Shown: positions 38,338 to 48,079 of the stretch, in pieces
Numbering within the stretch: the first letter of the stretch is position 1
How the letters are laid out: each line of letters begins with the position of its first letter
From: Patescibacteria group bacterium
GTDB taxonomy: Bacteria > Patescibacteriota > UBA1384 > UBA12157 > JAENIV01
Direction of reading: 5' to 3'
Length of the DNA: 64,000 bases
Assembly: GCA_023485405.1 (NCBI GenBank)
Contig: JAMCZU010000032.1
Span: 400-64,399 of the forward strand
The notes under the pieces: generated by a model
Seen by the model: the letters and a program-made list of their open reading frames with translations, nothing else
Databases searched by the model: none
Told to the model about the DNA's origin: nothing
Translations under genes and position numbers: made by a program

Positions 38338-39915
38338 CTATTCTTCAATATCAAAAACTTCCTTGGCGCCGTTTAAGAGTTCTTCTTCACTGTCAGTCGG
38401 TTTTCTAACCACTAACGCAGGGTCAACCACACAGTTAAGTTTATAATTAGTACCCGTATTTTTTTGAATGATGCCTTCAATAATTTGCGTATTGCGCTTG
38501 CCAGAGATCATGTCGGCATGAAATTTAAATTTAAAAGCTAAGGTGATAGTGTCATCTTGGGTTTCGGCTAAAACCGCATCTTTTAAAAGGGCAGATAAAG
38601 AATGATTATGAGCTTTGGCACCTTTAATAATTTCTTGCCAGAGATCTTGATTGAAGTTTTTTTTCTTAGCCTCGGGTCGTCCCTCACTCTCGGGCTCCCT
38701 AACCAACCTATTCCCTCGCTCCGCTCGGTCAACCGCCACTTCGTTCAGGACATCCCCTCGGCTATTAACATTTTTCTCTTCTATTTTTACATTTTCATTC
38801 AGAATTCTGAATTCTGAATTCTGAATTCCCTTTGTAAACTCAAAAACAATCATTTCGAGTGGCAACTGTGGCAAAGAGGCTGATTTAATTTGCGGTAAAG
38901 CTAGAGCGAATTTTTCGATCATTTTCATTAAAAAATTTACTTCAAACATCTCAGCTATTTTTTTTACTTTGTCCTGCTCTTCTTGGGTTAAATCAAAAAG
39001 TTGATCTTCTCCCAATTTCCACAAAGCAATTTTTCGCAAAACCTCAATCAATTTAATGGTAAAATTTTCAAAATCAACACCCTGCAAATGAAGTTTTGAA
39101 ATAAGTTCAAAAGCTAATTTTCGATTTCCCGCGGCGAGTGCTTCGGAAAAATCAAAAACACTTTTATCTTGGGCCAAACCTAAAATTTGTTGAATTTGTT
39201 CGAGGGTAATATTGGAAGCGGCTGTTTTTCTAATTGACGAAATTTGGCCAAACAGAGATAGAGCATCCCTGTACGAGCCAGCTGCCAGTTGTGACAAGAG
39301 GCCAATGGCCTCGTCATCAATCTTAATTCCTTCCACTTGAGCCACCTTTTTAAGTAATTTTTTTAGTTCCTCTAAATCCGCCCGACGAAAATCAAATCTT
39401 TGAACACGAGATAAAATCGTTGGCAAAATCTTTTGCGGTTCAGTGGTCGCCATAATAAAAATGGCATGAATAGGTGGTTCTTCTAAAGTTTTAAGAAGTG
39501 CATTAAAAGCCTCCTTGGTTAACATATGGACTTCGTCAATAATGTAGATCTTATAATTTGATTTGGTCGGCGCAAAACGAATTTTTTCCCGCAAGTCTCT
39601 AATTTCGTCAATGCCTCGATTAGAAGCGGCATCAATTTCAATCAAATCCAATGATTTTCCAAGTGTTATTTCTTTGCAAGTTGAACATTTATTACAAGGC
39701 TCGTATGAATCTTTTGCCAAAACTCTGCCCGTGCAATTTAAAGCTTTAGCCATAATTCGGGCTAGTGTTGTTTTTCCCGAACCCCTCGGTCCCGCAAATA
39801 AATAACCATGCGAAAAATCTCCTGACGAAAGAGCATTGGTCAAGGTTTGAACAATATGTTCCTGCCCCATAATATCAGCAAATTTTTGTGGTCTAAATTT
39901 TCGATAAAAAACCAT
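38338..39915 (-). CDS. dnaX: DNA polymerase III subunit gamma/tau
   Basis: YRKFRP, GPRGSGKTT, EIDAASNRG, IIDEVHML, LKTLEEPP. Confidence 0.97.
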   Translation of the reverse strand: MVFYRKFRPQKFADIMGQEHIVQTLTNALSSGDFSHGYLFAGPRGSGKTTLARIMAKALNCTGRVLAKDSYEPCNKCSTCKEITLGKSLDLIEIDAASNRGIDEIRDLREKIRFAPTKSNYKIYIIDEVHMLTKEAFNALLKTLEEPPIHAIFIMATTEPQKILPTILSRVQRFDFRRADLEELKKLLKKVAQVEGIKIDDEAIGLLSQLAAGSYRDALSLFGQISSIRKTAASNITLEQIQQILGLAQDKSVFDFSEALAAGNRKLAFELISKLHLQGVDFENFTIKLIEVLRKIALWKLGEDQLFDLTQEEQDKVKKIAEMFEVNFLMKMIEKFALALPQIKSASLPQLPLEMIVFEFTKGIQNSEFRILNENVKIEEKNVNSRGDVLNEVAVDRAERGNRLVREPESEGRPEAKKKNFNQDLWQEIIKGAKAHNHSLSALLKDAVLAETQDDTITLAFKFKFHADMISGKRNTQIIEGIIQKNTGTNYKLNCVVDPALVVRKPTDSEEELLNGAKEVFDIEE

Positions 39916-40070
39916 ACACGCTCCCTTAGGTCGCTTAATTTTCAATTTTTAATTTTAAATTTTTATTGAATTTTAAAATTCGAATTTTGAATTTGATTTT
40001 AAATTTGAAATTTATAATTTAATCATTTTTACTATATTCTATTTTAGTAAAAACACAAATTATGCTACAA

Positions 40071-40079
40071 TGTGGATAA
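40071..40079. promoter_or_regulatory. perfect DnaA box in the dnaX/pilB divergent region
   Basis: TGTGGATAA, overlapping the end of an extended -10-like TGCTACAAT. Confidence 0.5.
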
Positions 40080-40115
40080 CAAGTTAGAAGCAGGCATAAA
40101 GATGTTGGAGGGGTT

Positions 40116-41990
40116 TTGACATCAACAGATTTAAAAAGAGCGATTGCTCAAAAAACAGCTATTCCACCAGAAGTAGTCGCTAAAACTCTTGATATTATTC
40201 AACAAACTATCAGTACCGAACTTTCGACCGGCCGAAGTGTTAATTTCCCAGGCTTTGGTAATTTTGTTTTAATTAAATATCCGCCCAGAACAATTAAAGA
40301 TGTTCGTAACCCCGCTAAAACTTATCTTTCTTTAGAAAAGAATAAAGCAAAATTCAGGCCAAGTCTTGACTTTAAAAAAGAGCTTCTTGAAAAACCAACG
40401 CCGCCAAAACAAGATACCACTCCAGAAAAAGAAAATAATTCTTTTGATCAGACAATTAATGTTTGTTATGTTGATTTATCGAAAACCACTGTGCCGAAAA
40501 AAATCTTAAATTTATTGCCGGAACACATCGCCCGTCATTATCAAATCGTTCCATTAGAAGAAAAAAATAACAAAATAGTAGTGGCAATGATTGATCCAGA
40601 AGATCGCGAAGCAATTGAATTTGTCAAAAAGAAGACGGGGATGGATCTAGATATTCGACTTTGCACTCAAGCAGATTTAAATCATGTTTTAGAACAGTAT
40701 TCGGCTGTTTCAGGCGAACTTAAGAAAATTATTGAATCCGCTGAAGAAGACGAGGAAATACCCACTCAAAAAGGACCAAGCAAAGAAAAAGTTGAAGAAA
40801 TCACTGAAACTGCCCCGGCCGCTAAAATTGTTCAATCACTGATTAAAAGAGCGGTTCGGGAAAAAGCTTCTGATATCCACATTGAACCTCAAGAAGAAGA
40901 AATTATTGTTCGATTTCGCGAAGACGGTATTTTAAAAGAAATCATTAAACTACCTAAAGAAATTCAAAGTGGTATTTCTTCACGAATTAAAATTCTTTCG
41001 GATATGAAAATTGACGAAACAAGATTGCCCCAAGATGGTCGCTTTCAAACTGTGCTTGATGGTGCCGAAGTTGATTTTCGCGTTTCCACTTTACCTACCG
41101 TCAACGGCGAAAAGGTAGTCATGAGAATTCTAGATAAATCAGCCGGTATTTTAACTCTGGAACAATTGGGACTGCGCGGCAGCGCTTTTGTCACACTTGA
41201 AGATAATATCCACAAAGCGCATGGGATGGTGTTAGTGACTGGCCCAACTGGTTCAGGTAAAACCACAACTCTATACGCTGTGATTGATAAAATCCAAAGT
41301 GTCGGGATAAATATTGTCACCTTGGAAGATCCGGTTGAGTACCGCATGCCTCGAGTTAATCAATCTCAAGTTTATACCAAAATCAATTTTACTTTTGCTA
41401 ACGGTCTTCGCTCGATTGTCCGTCAAGATCCAGATGTGATTATGATTGGGGAAATTCGAGACTACGAAACAGCCGATATGGCTATTCATGCCGCACTAAC
41501 GGGACATGTTGTTTTGTCAACCTTGCATACGAACGACGCCGCTGGTGCTATTCCTCGAATGATGGATATGAAAATTGAGCCATTTTTGATTAATTCATCG
41601 GTAAATTGTATTGTGGCGCAACGACTTTGCCGCCGGATTTGCGATAATTGCAAGGAAGAAATGACGGTTGACTCTTCTGAACAAAAACTGGCCGAAGAAG
41701 AACTAAAAAAAATGCCCGAAAAAGAAAAAAGACCAGAAAAAATTCAATTTTTCCACGGCAAAGGCTGCGAAAATTGTAATGGCACAGGTTACAAAGGCCG
41801 GATTGGTATTTTTGAAGTTTTTGATTTGAAAGATAATTTGAAAGAATTAGTTGCCAAACGGGCGTCAGGCACAATTTTAGGCCAAGAAGCCATTAAAAAC
41901 GGGATGGTGACAATGAAACAAGACGGTTTTTTAAAAGTAGTAGATGGCTTAACAACACTCGAGGAAGTCTGGCGAGTGACTAAAGACTAA
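40116..41990 (+). CDS. pilB: PilB/GspE assembly ATPase with N-terminal HU/IHF-like domain
   Basis: ASDIHIEP, GPTGSGKTTTLY, RQDPDVIMIGEIRD, tetra-Cys; residues 1-90 resemble HU (GFGNF, FRPS). Confidence 0.93.
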   Translation: MTSTDLKRAIAQKTAIPPEVVAKTLDIIQQTISTELSTGRSVNFPGFGNFVLIKYPPRTIKDVRNPAKTYLSLEKNKAKFRPSLDFKKELLEKPTPPKQDTTPEKENNSFDQTINVCYVDLSKTTVPKKILNLLPEHIARHYQIVPLEEKNNKIVVAMIDPEDREAIEFVKKKTGMDLDIRLCTQADLNHVLEQYSAVSGELKKIIESAEEDEEIPTQKGPSKEKVEEITETAPAAKIVQSLIKRAVREKASDIHIEPQEEEIIVRFREDGILKEIIKLPKEIQSGISSRIKILSDMKIDETRLPQDGRFQTVLDGAEVDFRVSTLPTVNGEKVVMRILDKSAGILTLEQLGLRGSAFVTLEDNIHKAHGMVLVTGPTGSGKTTTLYAVIDKIQSVGINIVTLEDPVEYRMPRVNQSQVYTKINFTFANGLRSIVRQDPDVIMIGEIRDYETADMAIHAALTGHVVLSTLHTNDAAGAIPRMMDMKIEPFLINSSVNCIVAQRLCRRICDNCKEEMTVDSSEQKLAEEELKKMPEKEKRPEKIQFFHGKGCENCNGTGYKGRIGIFEVFDLKDNLKELVAKRASGTILGQEAIKNGMVTMKQDGFLKVVDGLTTLEEVWRVTKD

Positions 41991-42001
41991 AAAGAGGTAT
42001 A

Positions 42002-43219
42002 ATGAAATTTATTTACAACGCAAAAAGTTCTAAAGGAGAAATTCAAAATGGCAATCTGGAAGCGCCGAACGAGACGGCAGCGGCCAAAATGCTTCAAGAG
42101 CAAGGACTTTTTGTTTTAAATTTAGCCAAAGAAGGGGAAAATAAACTGACCCAAAAAGGAAATATTAAAATTCCCTTTTTGTCAGACCGAGTCAGCTTAA
42201 AAGACAAAATTATTTTTACGCAGCAATTAGCAATGATGGTCAAATCTGGCCTGCCGCTGATTGATGCTTTTGGCGCTTTAAAAGAACAAACCGAAAATAA
42301 ATATTTCGCCGGGGTGATTGCTGACCTAGCCGAAAATGTCCGCGGCGGCAAAACATTTTCAGGAAGCCTTTTAAAATACCCCAAGATTTTTTCTAATTTT
42401 TATATTGCGATGATTTCTTCTGGTGAAAAAAGCGGTAAATTAGACGAGGTTTTAGGGAGATTAGCCGAAGAATTAGAAAAAGATTACGAACTTATCTCTA
42501 AAGTTAAAGCGGCAATTACTTATCCAATTTTAATCGTTTTCGCCTTGATTGGTATTATTATTTTAATGCTAATTTTTGTCGTGCCACAGCTTAAAAAAAT
42601 ATTTTCGGATATAGGTGTAGAATTACCTTTGATTACTAGAATAATTCTAGGCAGCAGCGACACAATGATTAAGTATTGGTATTTATTTTTAATTGGTCTA
42701 ATTGGTTTGGCTGTTGGTTTACGTTTTTACGGTAAAACCACCAAAGGTGGCTTAGTACTTGATAGCCTTAAAATTAAAGTGCCGGTGATTGGGAAACTTT
42801 TTCGTAAAATTTATATGGCTAGATTTTGCCGTACCGCTGGTTCACTGGTTGTTTCAGGACTGCCTATTCTAGATATTATTAAAACTACTTCCAAAGTTTT
42901 AGGAAATCGTGTTTATCAAGTGGCTTTAGAAAAAACTGGTGAAGATGTTAAAAATGGTCTGACTTTTTCGTCGGCGCTTAAAAAACAAAAAATATTTCCG
43001 GCCATGATTTATCATCTTGTTTCCATCGGTGAAAAAAGCGGTAAATTAGACGAAATATTATTGACGATGGCCGTTTTCTTTGATCGTGAAGTTGAAGCCA
43101 CCACCAACAGTTTAGCCAGTTTAATTGAGCCAATTCTAATTATTATTGTCGGTGCTGGTGTTGGTTTAGTGGTTGCTTCGGTGATTATGCCAATTTATTC
43201 ATTAGTCAATGTAATATAA
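42002..43219 (+). CDS. pilC: type IV pilus inner-membrane platform protein
   Basis: Two T2SSF repeats with GEKSGKLDE, IEP.LI. Confidence 0.93.
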   Translation: MKFIYNAKSSKGEIQNGNLEAPNETAAAKMLQEQGLFVLNLAKEGENKLTQKGNIKIPFLSDRVSLKDKIIFTQQLAMMVKSGLPLIDAFGALKEQTENKYFAGVIADLAENVRGGKTFSGSLLKYPKIFSNFYIAMISSGEKSGKLDEVLGRLAEELEKDYELISKVKAAITYPILIVFALIGIIILMLIFVVPQLKKIFSDIGVELPLITRIILGSSDTMIKYWYLFLIGLIGLAVGLRFYGKTTKGGLVLDSLKIKVPVIGKLFRKIYMARFCRTAGSLVVSGLPILDIIKTTSKVLGNRVYQVALEKTGEDVKNGLTFSSALKKQKIFPAMIYHLVSIGEKSGKLDEILLTMAVFFDREVEATTNSLASLIEPILIIIVGAGVGLVVASVIMPIYSLVNVI

Positions 43220-43222
43220 AAT

Positions 43223-44584
43223 ATGAAAAAAGGATTTACTTTAATTGAAGGGATTATTGTTGTTTTTGTTTTGTCGTTGGTGGCCTTGGCTATAATGACC
43301 GCTTATATTGGTGTTTATAAATCAATTGATTTGGCCAAAGCTAAAATTACGGCTGTTTCGATCGCCAATGAAAAAATGGAAATTCTAAGAAATATGCCTT
43401 ACGACAGTTTAGCCACAGTCCATGGACCAATTTTACCACAAGGTAGTATTCTTGATGACGAAACGGTTACTAGTTCAGGCAAAACCTTTAATGTTCATAC
43501 GGACATTAAATACGTTGATGATCCTTTCGATGGTCTGTTGCCAATTGATATCTATCCTTATGACTATAAAAAAGCCGAGATTACCGTCACTTCCACCAAA
43601 TATAATACCCGGCTGGCGCAACTTTCGACTAATATTGCCGCCAAAGCCGCCGAAACACCTTCTAACACTGGTATTATTAAAATCTGTGTCATTGATGTCG
43701 CCAATCTTCCAGTTGTCGGTGCCACTATTACCATTACCAATACCACGCTGACACCAACGGTTAATGTCACCACCACCACTGGTTCAGACGGCTGTGTGAT
43801 GGTACCAAAATTACCACCTGACAATAACAATAATTACCACTTGACCGCCACCAAAGATGGCTATTCAACTGATATGACTTATCCTCGAACCGCTCAAAAT
43901 CCCAATGAACCTTTGGCAGATGTTGATGTTTACGCCCAGCAAGTCACCAGTCAAACTTTTGTCATTGACCGTCTTGCCAATCTGACACTGCATTTTAGTA
44001 ATCCCGTTACTTTTACTTTACAAGGCAGTAAAAAAATGTACTTTAATCCCGTCACTTATAAATATTCTCAAACTTTTACCACTGATAGTGGTGGCAACAT
44101 TACCCTTAACAATTTGGAATTTGATAATTACCGAATAATTAATACTTCTTCGCCTTATTTTGTGGTCACCACCTCACCTCTTCGATCAGTTAATGTGGAA
44201 GGTCTTTGGTATTTTTATTTGGCCCCAGCTGCTAATTTAACCGTTCAGGTTAATTTAGCGTCAACAGGAAGTAATCCGTCAATTTATAACTATTTACCTT
44301 TAAGTGGTCAAGTTGGCAGTACGGTCAATATTGCCGTCAATGGTGGTAATATTCAAAATAACGCTTCAATTAAACTTCATAAAACAATTATGACGTATGT
44401 TGGTTCAACTCAAGTACCTCAAGATATCGAAATTGTGGGTACCAATATCACTGTTACGCCTCAAAATCAAATAATTGCTGACTTTAATTTAACGGGGGCC
44501 GAGTTAGGTAGTTGGGACCTAATAATCACTAATCCCAACACAGAAAGTGTGATTCAGACAAATGGCTTTGAAGTTACAAATTAA
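43223..44584 (+). CDS. large minor pilin (PilV-like) with beta-sandwich domains
   Basis: KG|FTLIE class III signal; Thr/Asn-rich Ig-like body. Confidence 0.8.
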   Translation: MKKGFTLIEGIIVVFVLSLVALAIMTAYIGVYKSIDLAKAKITAVSIANEKMEILRNMPYDSLATVHGPILPQGSILDDETVTSSGKTFNVHTDIKYVDDPFDGLLPIDIYPYDYKKAEITVTSTKYNTRLAQLSTNIAAKAAETPSNTGIIKICVIDVANLPVVGATITITNTTLTPTVNVTTTTGSDGCVMVPKLPPDNNNNYHLTATKDGYSTDMTYPRTAQNPNEPLADVDVYAQQVTSQTFVIDRLANLTLHFSNPVTFTLQGSKKMYFNPVTYKYSQTFTTDSGGNITLNNLEFDNYRIINTSSPYFVVTTSPLRSVNVEGLWYFYLAPAANLTVQVNLASTGSNPSIYNYLPLSGQVGSTVNIAVNGGNIQNNASIKLHKTIMTYVGSTQVPQDIEIVGTNITVTPQNQIIADFNLTGAELGSWDLIITNPNTESVIQTNGFEVTN

Positions 44585-45155
44585 AAAATATGACGGTTTT
44601 AGCCTAATGGAATTAATGGTAACAATTACGATTTTAATATTGATGAGTACGGCTTTTATGGTTTTATTTAGTAATGGCTACAAAACATATAGATACAACC
44701 GAGAGATGATTGGTAGCGCCGAACAAGCCGCCATTGGCATCAGAGCCTTTGAAAAAACTGCCCGCGGCGCGACCAATATTACTGAGGCCGCCAATAATCT
44801 TTTGACTTTCTTGGCTTATCAAAAAGGCGATAATTATCCGGCGCCCAGTAAAATTAGTTTTTACCTGACCGGCGCTAGCTTCTACAAATCAGTTATTCCT
44901 CCTACTCCTTCGGGCTCAACTTACATTTATCAAGATGCGGACAAAGTTGTCACCCTTATCACTGATCACGTCAGCAGTCAAAACATGTTTTCATATTATA
45001 ATGAAGCCGGAACATTGCTTTCGATGCCACCGGCTAAAGAGGCAATTAAAATGATTAATTTTTCTATCACCATTGATTTAGATCCGGCCCAAGCACCAAA
45101 TGGTGTCAACCAATCAACAAAAGTAGAACTTCGAAATTTAAAGACAAATCTTTAA
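44562..45155 (+). CDS. minor pilin (PilW-like)
   Basis: DG|FSLMELMV class III signal, C-terminal V.LRN. Confidence 0.8.
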   Translation: MALKLQIKKYDGFSLMELMVTITILILMSTAFMVLFSNGYKTYRYNREMIGSAEQAAIGIRAFEKTARGATNITEAANNLLTFLAYQKGDNYPAPSKISFYLTGASFYKSVIPPTPSGSTYIYQDADKVVTLITDHVSSQNMFSYYNEAGTLLSMPPAKEAIKMINFSITIDLDPAQAPNGVNQSTKVELRNLKTNL

Positions 45156-45156
45156 A

Positions 45157-46506
45157 ATGAAAATTAAAATAAATAAATTAAAATCAAAACACAAAGGTTC
45201 TCTTTTGCCATTGGTTTTAATCGCTTCATTTTTATTTATTGCTTTTGCTTATGCTCTAGTGGCCATTGCCATGAGTAATGTTAATACCGCTCGCTACCAC
45301 GAAAAAACTGTCTCCGCCCTAGAAGTCGCTGAAGCAGGCATCAATTATTATATGTGGCATTTGTCGCATTCTAACACCGATTACTGTGACGGCCAAACTT
45401 GCCCTGCGGGGTCACCTTACGGTCCTTACGTTCATAATTACCAAACAGAAAATGGCAGTATTATTGGTCAATACACCCTTACCATTACCCCACCCGCACC
45501 TGGCGATGCCATTGTTACAGTTAAATCGGTTGGTAAAATTAATGGCTCAAGTGCTAACCGAACCGTTGTGGCTGAAGTAGGAATGCCTTCTTTTGCTCGC
45601 TACGCATTTCTGACTGCCACCGAAGCATGGTTTGGTGACACCGAAACAACCAACGGACCGGTTCACTCTAATATTGGCATTCATTTTGACGGCACCGCTA
45701 ATGGGGTGGTTTCATCCTCATCAACAACTTATGTTCCTTCAACCAGTTTTGGCGGCGATGGTCATACTTCTCACAACGGTGTCTGGGGCAACGGTGGCCC
45801 AACTGGTTATTGGACTTTTCCCGTGCCAACAGTAGATTTTGGCCATGTCTCGGTTGATTTAACTACTTTAAAAAGTAAAGCCGGTAATGGTGGTATACTT
45901 CTTGGTAAAACAACGGGAGGTAATATTGGTTACTATTTAAAACTTAAGCCTAATAACACGATTGAAGTTTATTATGTTACCAGAGAAAGAACTTCTGGCA
46001 TTGCAATTAGTTCTCTTGTAGAAACTCGCAATGCACCGATCAATGGTGTTGTTTATGTTTCAGACAACATTTGGGTTGATGGTACTTATAACGCACCAAT
46101 CACTATTGCTGCTGTCGCCGATTCCGGCCAATACGCTAAAATTAAAATCAAAGACAATCTTCTTTATTCAACTAAAAACGGTTCAGTTAAAATTGGCTTA
46201 ATTGCTAAAGGTAATATTGAAGTGCCCCAATATGCTAACACTAATTTAGAAATTGATGCGGCTTTACTTTCACAAAACGGTCATGTTTGGTACCCACAAG
46301 CTGGTGGAGTTAAAAACAGTATCACTATTTATGGTTCAGTTTCATCTTTTGATTATTGGACATGGTCTTGGGTTAGTGGTGGCGGTACTGTTACCTCCGG
46401 CTACCAAACAACAACCCAAACCTACGATCAAAATTTAACTTTAGGACCACCGCCCCAGTTTCCGACTACCGGCAGCTATACCATTTTAACTTGGAAAGAA
46501 GAATGA
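45157..46506 (+). CDS. PilX-like minor pilin
   Basis: KG|SLLPLVL, A..VAEAGINYY, GPVHSN. Confidence 0.8.
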   Translation: MKIKINKLKSKHKGSLLPLVLIASFLFIAFAYALVAIAMSNVNTARYHEKTVSALEVAEAGINYYMWHLSHSNTDYCDGQTCPAGSPYGPYVHNYQTENGSIIGQYTLTITPPAPGDAIVTVKSVGKINGSSANRTVVAEVGMPSFARYAFLTATEAWFGDTETTNGPVHSNIGIHFDGTANGVVSSSSTTYVPSTSFGGDGHTSHNGVWGNGGPTGYWTFPVPTVDFGHVSVDLTTLKSKAGNGGILLGKTTGGNIGYYLKLKPNNTIEVYYVTRERTSGIAISSLVETRNAPINGVVYVSDNIWVDGTYNAPITIAAVADSGQYAKIKIKDNLLYSTKNGSVKIGLIAKGNIEVPQYANTNLEIDAALLSQNGHVWYPQAGGVKNSITIYGSVSSFDYWTWSWVSGGGTVTSGYQTTTQTYDQNLTLGPPPQFPTTGSYTILTWKEE

Positions 46507-46529
46507 TATAATATAGTAAAGAAGAAATA

Positions 46530-46588
46530 AGGCTAAGCTCGCCTTCGGCGAGCCGCCCGATTCCGATGTAACATCGGAATTTAGGGAG
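46530..46588 (+). promoter_or_regulatory. conserved two-hairpin 5' leader motif (copy 2)
   Basis: Same scaffold as 15670-15730; preceded by TGATATAAT extended -10. Confidence 0.7.
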
Positions 46589-46592
46589 AGGG

Positions 46593-47519
46593 ATGTACGA
46601 ATCAGTCTTGGGATTTAAAAAACCTATCCTAGGTTTAGATATTGGTTATAAAACTTTAAAAGTAATGCAACTTCGTGGCGATGGCCCCGGATCCAGTCTT
46701 TTAGGTGTGGCGGAAATTCAAATTCCTCCTAGAAGTTTGGGTAAAGAAGGTATTAAAGAAAAAGAAGCCATTGCCAAAGCAATTACCAATGCAATGCTTA
46801 GTGCTAAGCCACACTCAATCACCGCTAAAATTGTTTCTTCAGCTCTACCAGAATCATTAGTTTTTACCAAATCAGTTGATTTGCCAACAATGACTCCTCA
46901 AGAAATAAACAAAAATATTCCTTATCAAGCCGGTGAATTTTTCCCTATCCCGCCCAGTGAAACTTATATGGATTGGCAAGTAGTCGGAGAACTTCCTGGT
47001 ACAAACACCACTGATGTTTTGGTCGTCGCCGCTCCTAAAATAATTATTGATTCATTCGCCGAAACGATCAAAATGGCCGGATTAGAATTAATGAGTTTAG
47101 AAACCAAACCAGTAGCTGATGTCAGGGCTTTAATTTCAGGAAGTGACAGAGGACCTTATTTGATCTTAGATCTCGGCGCCAAAACATCGAGTCTTACCTG
47201 TTATGATCAAGGCACGGTTAAACTGACTTCGACAATTTCGATCGGCGGCGACGATTTGACAAATGATTTCCAACCAAATTTAAAAAATATGGTAACTGAA
47301 ATTATTCATTTTGCCAAGTATTATCAAAATCGTATTGGACAAGCAACTATTTTTCATAAAATTATTTTAGCTGGCGGTGGTGCCAATACCAACGGCCTGA
47401 GGAAAACACTGGAAGATGCCACGCGAATAAAAACAGAAATTACTTGGCCAATCATTAAAACAAAAACCTATAATCCTAAATACGCCACCGTCATAGGATT
47501 AGCGATGAAAAGAATATGA
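46593..47519 (+). CDS. pilM: type IV pilus assembly protein PilM
   Basis: GLDIG..TLK, LDLGA, ILAGGGA, A..IGLAM (actin-like fold). Confidence 0.9.
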   Translation: MYESVLGFKKPILGLDIGYKTLKVMQLRGDGPGSSLLGVAEIQIPPRSLGKEGIKEKEAIAKAITNAMLSAKPHSITAKIVSSALPESLVFTKSVDLPTMTPQEINKNIPYQAGEFFPIPPSETYMDWQVVGELPGTNTTDVLVVAAPKIIIDSFAETIKMAGLELMSLETKPVADVRALISGSDRGPYLILDLGAKTSSLTCYDQGTVKLTSTISIGGDDLTNDFQPNLKNMVTEIIHFAKYYQNRIGQATIFHKIILAGGGANTNGLRKTLEDATRIKTEITWPIIKTKTYNPKYATVIGLAMKRI

Positions 47520-48079
47520 TAAATATTAATTTACTTCCCCCGGAATTAAAATTGCAAAGGATCGCCGCCAAAAGAAATGCTTCTCTTATCAGTATTTGTA
47601 TTGTGGCTGTTTTAATTGTGGCTATCTTGGGTATTATTAGCCAATCATTAAAGTCAACGGTTGAAACATATCTTAGTAGTACTAAAAATAATATCAAAAA
47701 AGAATCCGATCAAATTGATCAATACCAGGAGCTTCAAGATCTAGCCTTATTTACTAATGACCGTTGGCAGACAACCCAAGAAATTGAAAAAAATCATGTT
47801 TACTGGTCTCAAGTTCTCCAAGAACTAAGTAACTGTGCCCCCACCGATGTTCAATTCGAAAACTTAGTGGCTAACAGTGAAAAATCGCCTAATTTTATTC
47901 TTCAAGGAAATACCACCACTGAAAGAGAAATTATTAAATTTAAAGATAAATTGGAAGCTTCGCCATTTTTCAAAAACATTGCTTTTAAAAGTTCAAGTCT
48001 TTCCACCGATCAAGCTACTACCAATCAAAAATTAAAATTTACTTTAGAATTTGATTTAGAACAGAAGAAAGTTGAATGA
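47516..48079 (+). CDS. pilN: type IV pilus assembly protein PilN
   Basis: ININLLP motif, TM, position after pilM. Confidence 0.88.
   Translation: MININLLPPELKLQRIAAKRNASLISICIVAVLIVAILGIISQSLKSTVETYLSSTKNNIKKESDQIDQYQELQDLALFTNDRWQTTQEIEKNHVYWSQVLQELSNCAPTDVQFENLVANSEKSPNFILQGNTTTEREIIKFKDKLEASPFFKNIAFKSSSLSTDQATTNQKLKFTLEFDLEQKKVE

Noticed and set aside
38203-40115. Replication origin
   Set aside because: Only four DnaA-like boxes split by dnaX, and no dnaA or dnaN in the window.
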